Source: Phyllobates terribilis
Taxonomy: Eukaryota
Direction of reading: 5' to 3'
DNA length: 64,000 nt
NCBI RefSeq assembly: GCF_046119375.1
Contig: NW_027362764.1
Coordinates: forward strand, 283,154,001 to 283,218,000
The translations under genes and the position numbers were made by a program. Below are positions 63,714 to 64,000 of this stretch, in pieces (positions within the stretch are counted from its first letter, which is position 1; each line of letters opens with the position of its first letter). The notes beneath the pieces were generated by a model. It saw only the letters and a list, made by a program, of their open reading frames with translations, searched no databases and was not told the DNA's origin.

Positions 63714-64000
63714 CAAACCCTGGCAAAAATTATGGAATCACAGGGCTCGCAGGATGTTCATTCAGTTGTTTAACGTTGTTGAAAAAAAGCAGATCACAGA
63801 CATGGCTCAAAACTAAAGTCATTTCAAATGGCAACTTTAGGGCTTTAAGAAACACTAAAAGAAATCAAGGTAAAAAATGTGGTACTCAGTAAGGGTAATT
63901 TTTTGCAGACCAAGCAGAGGGAAAAAATTATGGAATCACTCAATTCTGAGGAAAAAATTATGGAATCATGAAAAACAAACACACAAAAGAACACTCCAAT
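63714..64000 (+). mobile_element. Left IR/DR end of a Tc1-like element running out of the window
   Basis: TA|caaaccctggcaaaaattatggaatcac; the motif aaaaattatggaatca recurs near 63925 and 63955. Confidence 0.7.

Overview
This is eukaryotic DNA, most likely anuran (frog) genomic DNA judging by the repeat families (inference). It is transposon-dense and I could not confidently identify a host gene. Main contents: (1) A young 4,715-bp LTR retroelement on the minus strand (2737-7451) with two 1,165-bp near-identical LTRs, a CAAT target-site duplication (TSD), a tRNA-Ser primer-binding site (PBS) and a polypurine tract (PPT). It has no pol; its only internal gene is an uninterrupted ~594-aa ORF ending in a cold-shock domain. 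(2) A related solo LTR at 59745-60838; both LTR families carry a second tRNA-Ser PBS-like motif inside U5. (3) Tc1/mariner elements of three catalytic types (DD34E, DD38E, DD41D); the DD41D transposase becomes intact once one insertion is removed. (4) A decayed BED-finger hAT transposon and two large palindromic hAT MITEs. (5) A Ngaro-type tyrosine-recombinase retrotransposon with an SGNH-hydrolase ORF, broken up by a hAT MITE, a CR1 3' end, a Ty3/gypsy fragment and the solo LTR. (6) Relic hammerhead-ribozyme-like motifs, MITEs, and mini- and microsatellites. The supplied ORF track uses alternative start codons (for example 6390 is TTG), so I re-anchored starts on ATG. All alignments were made by eye and no database searches were run.
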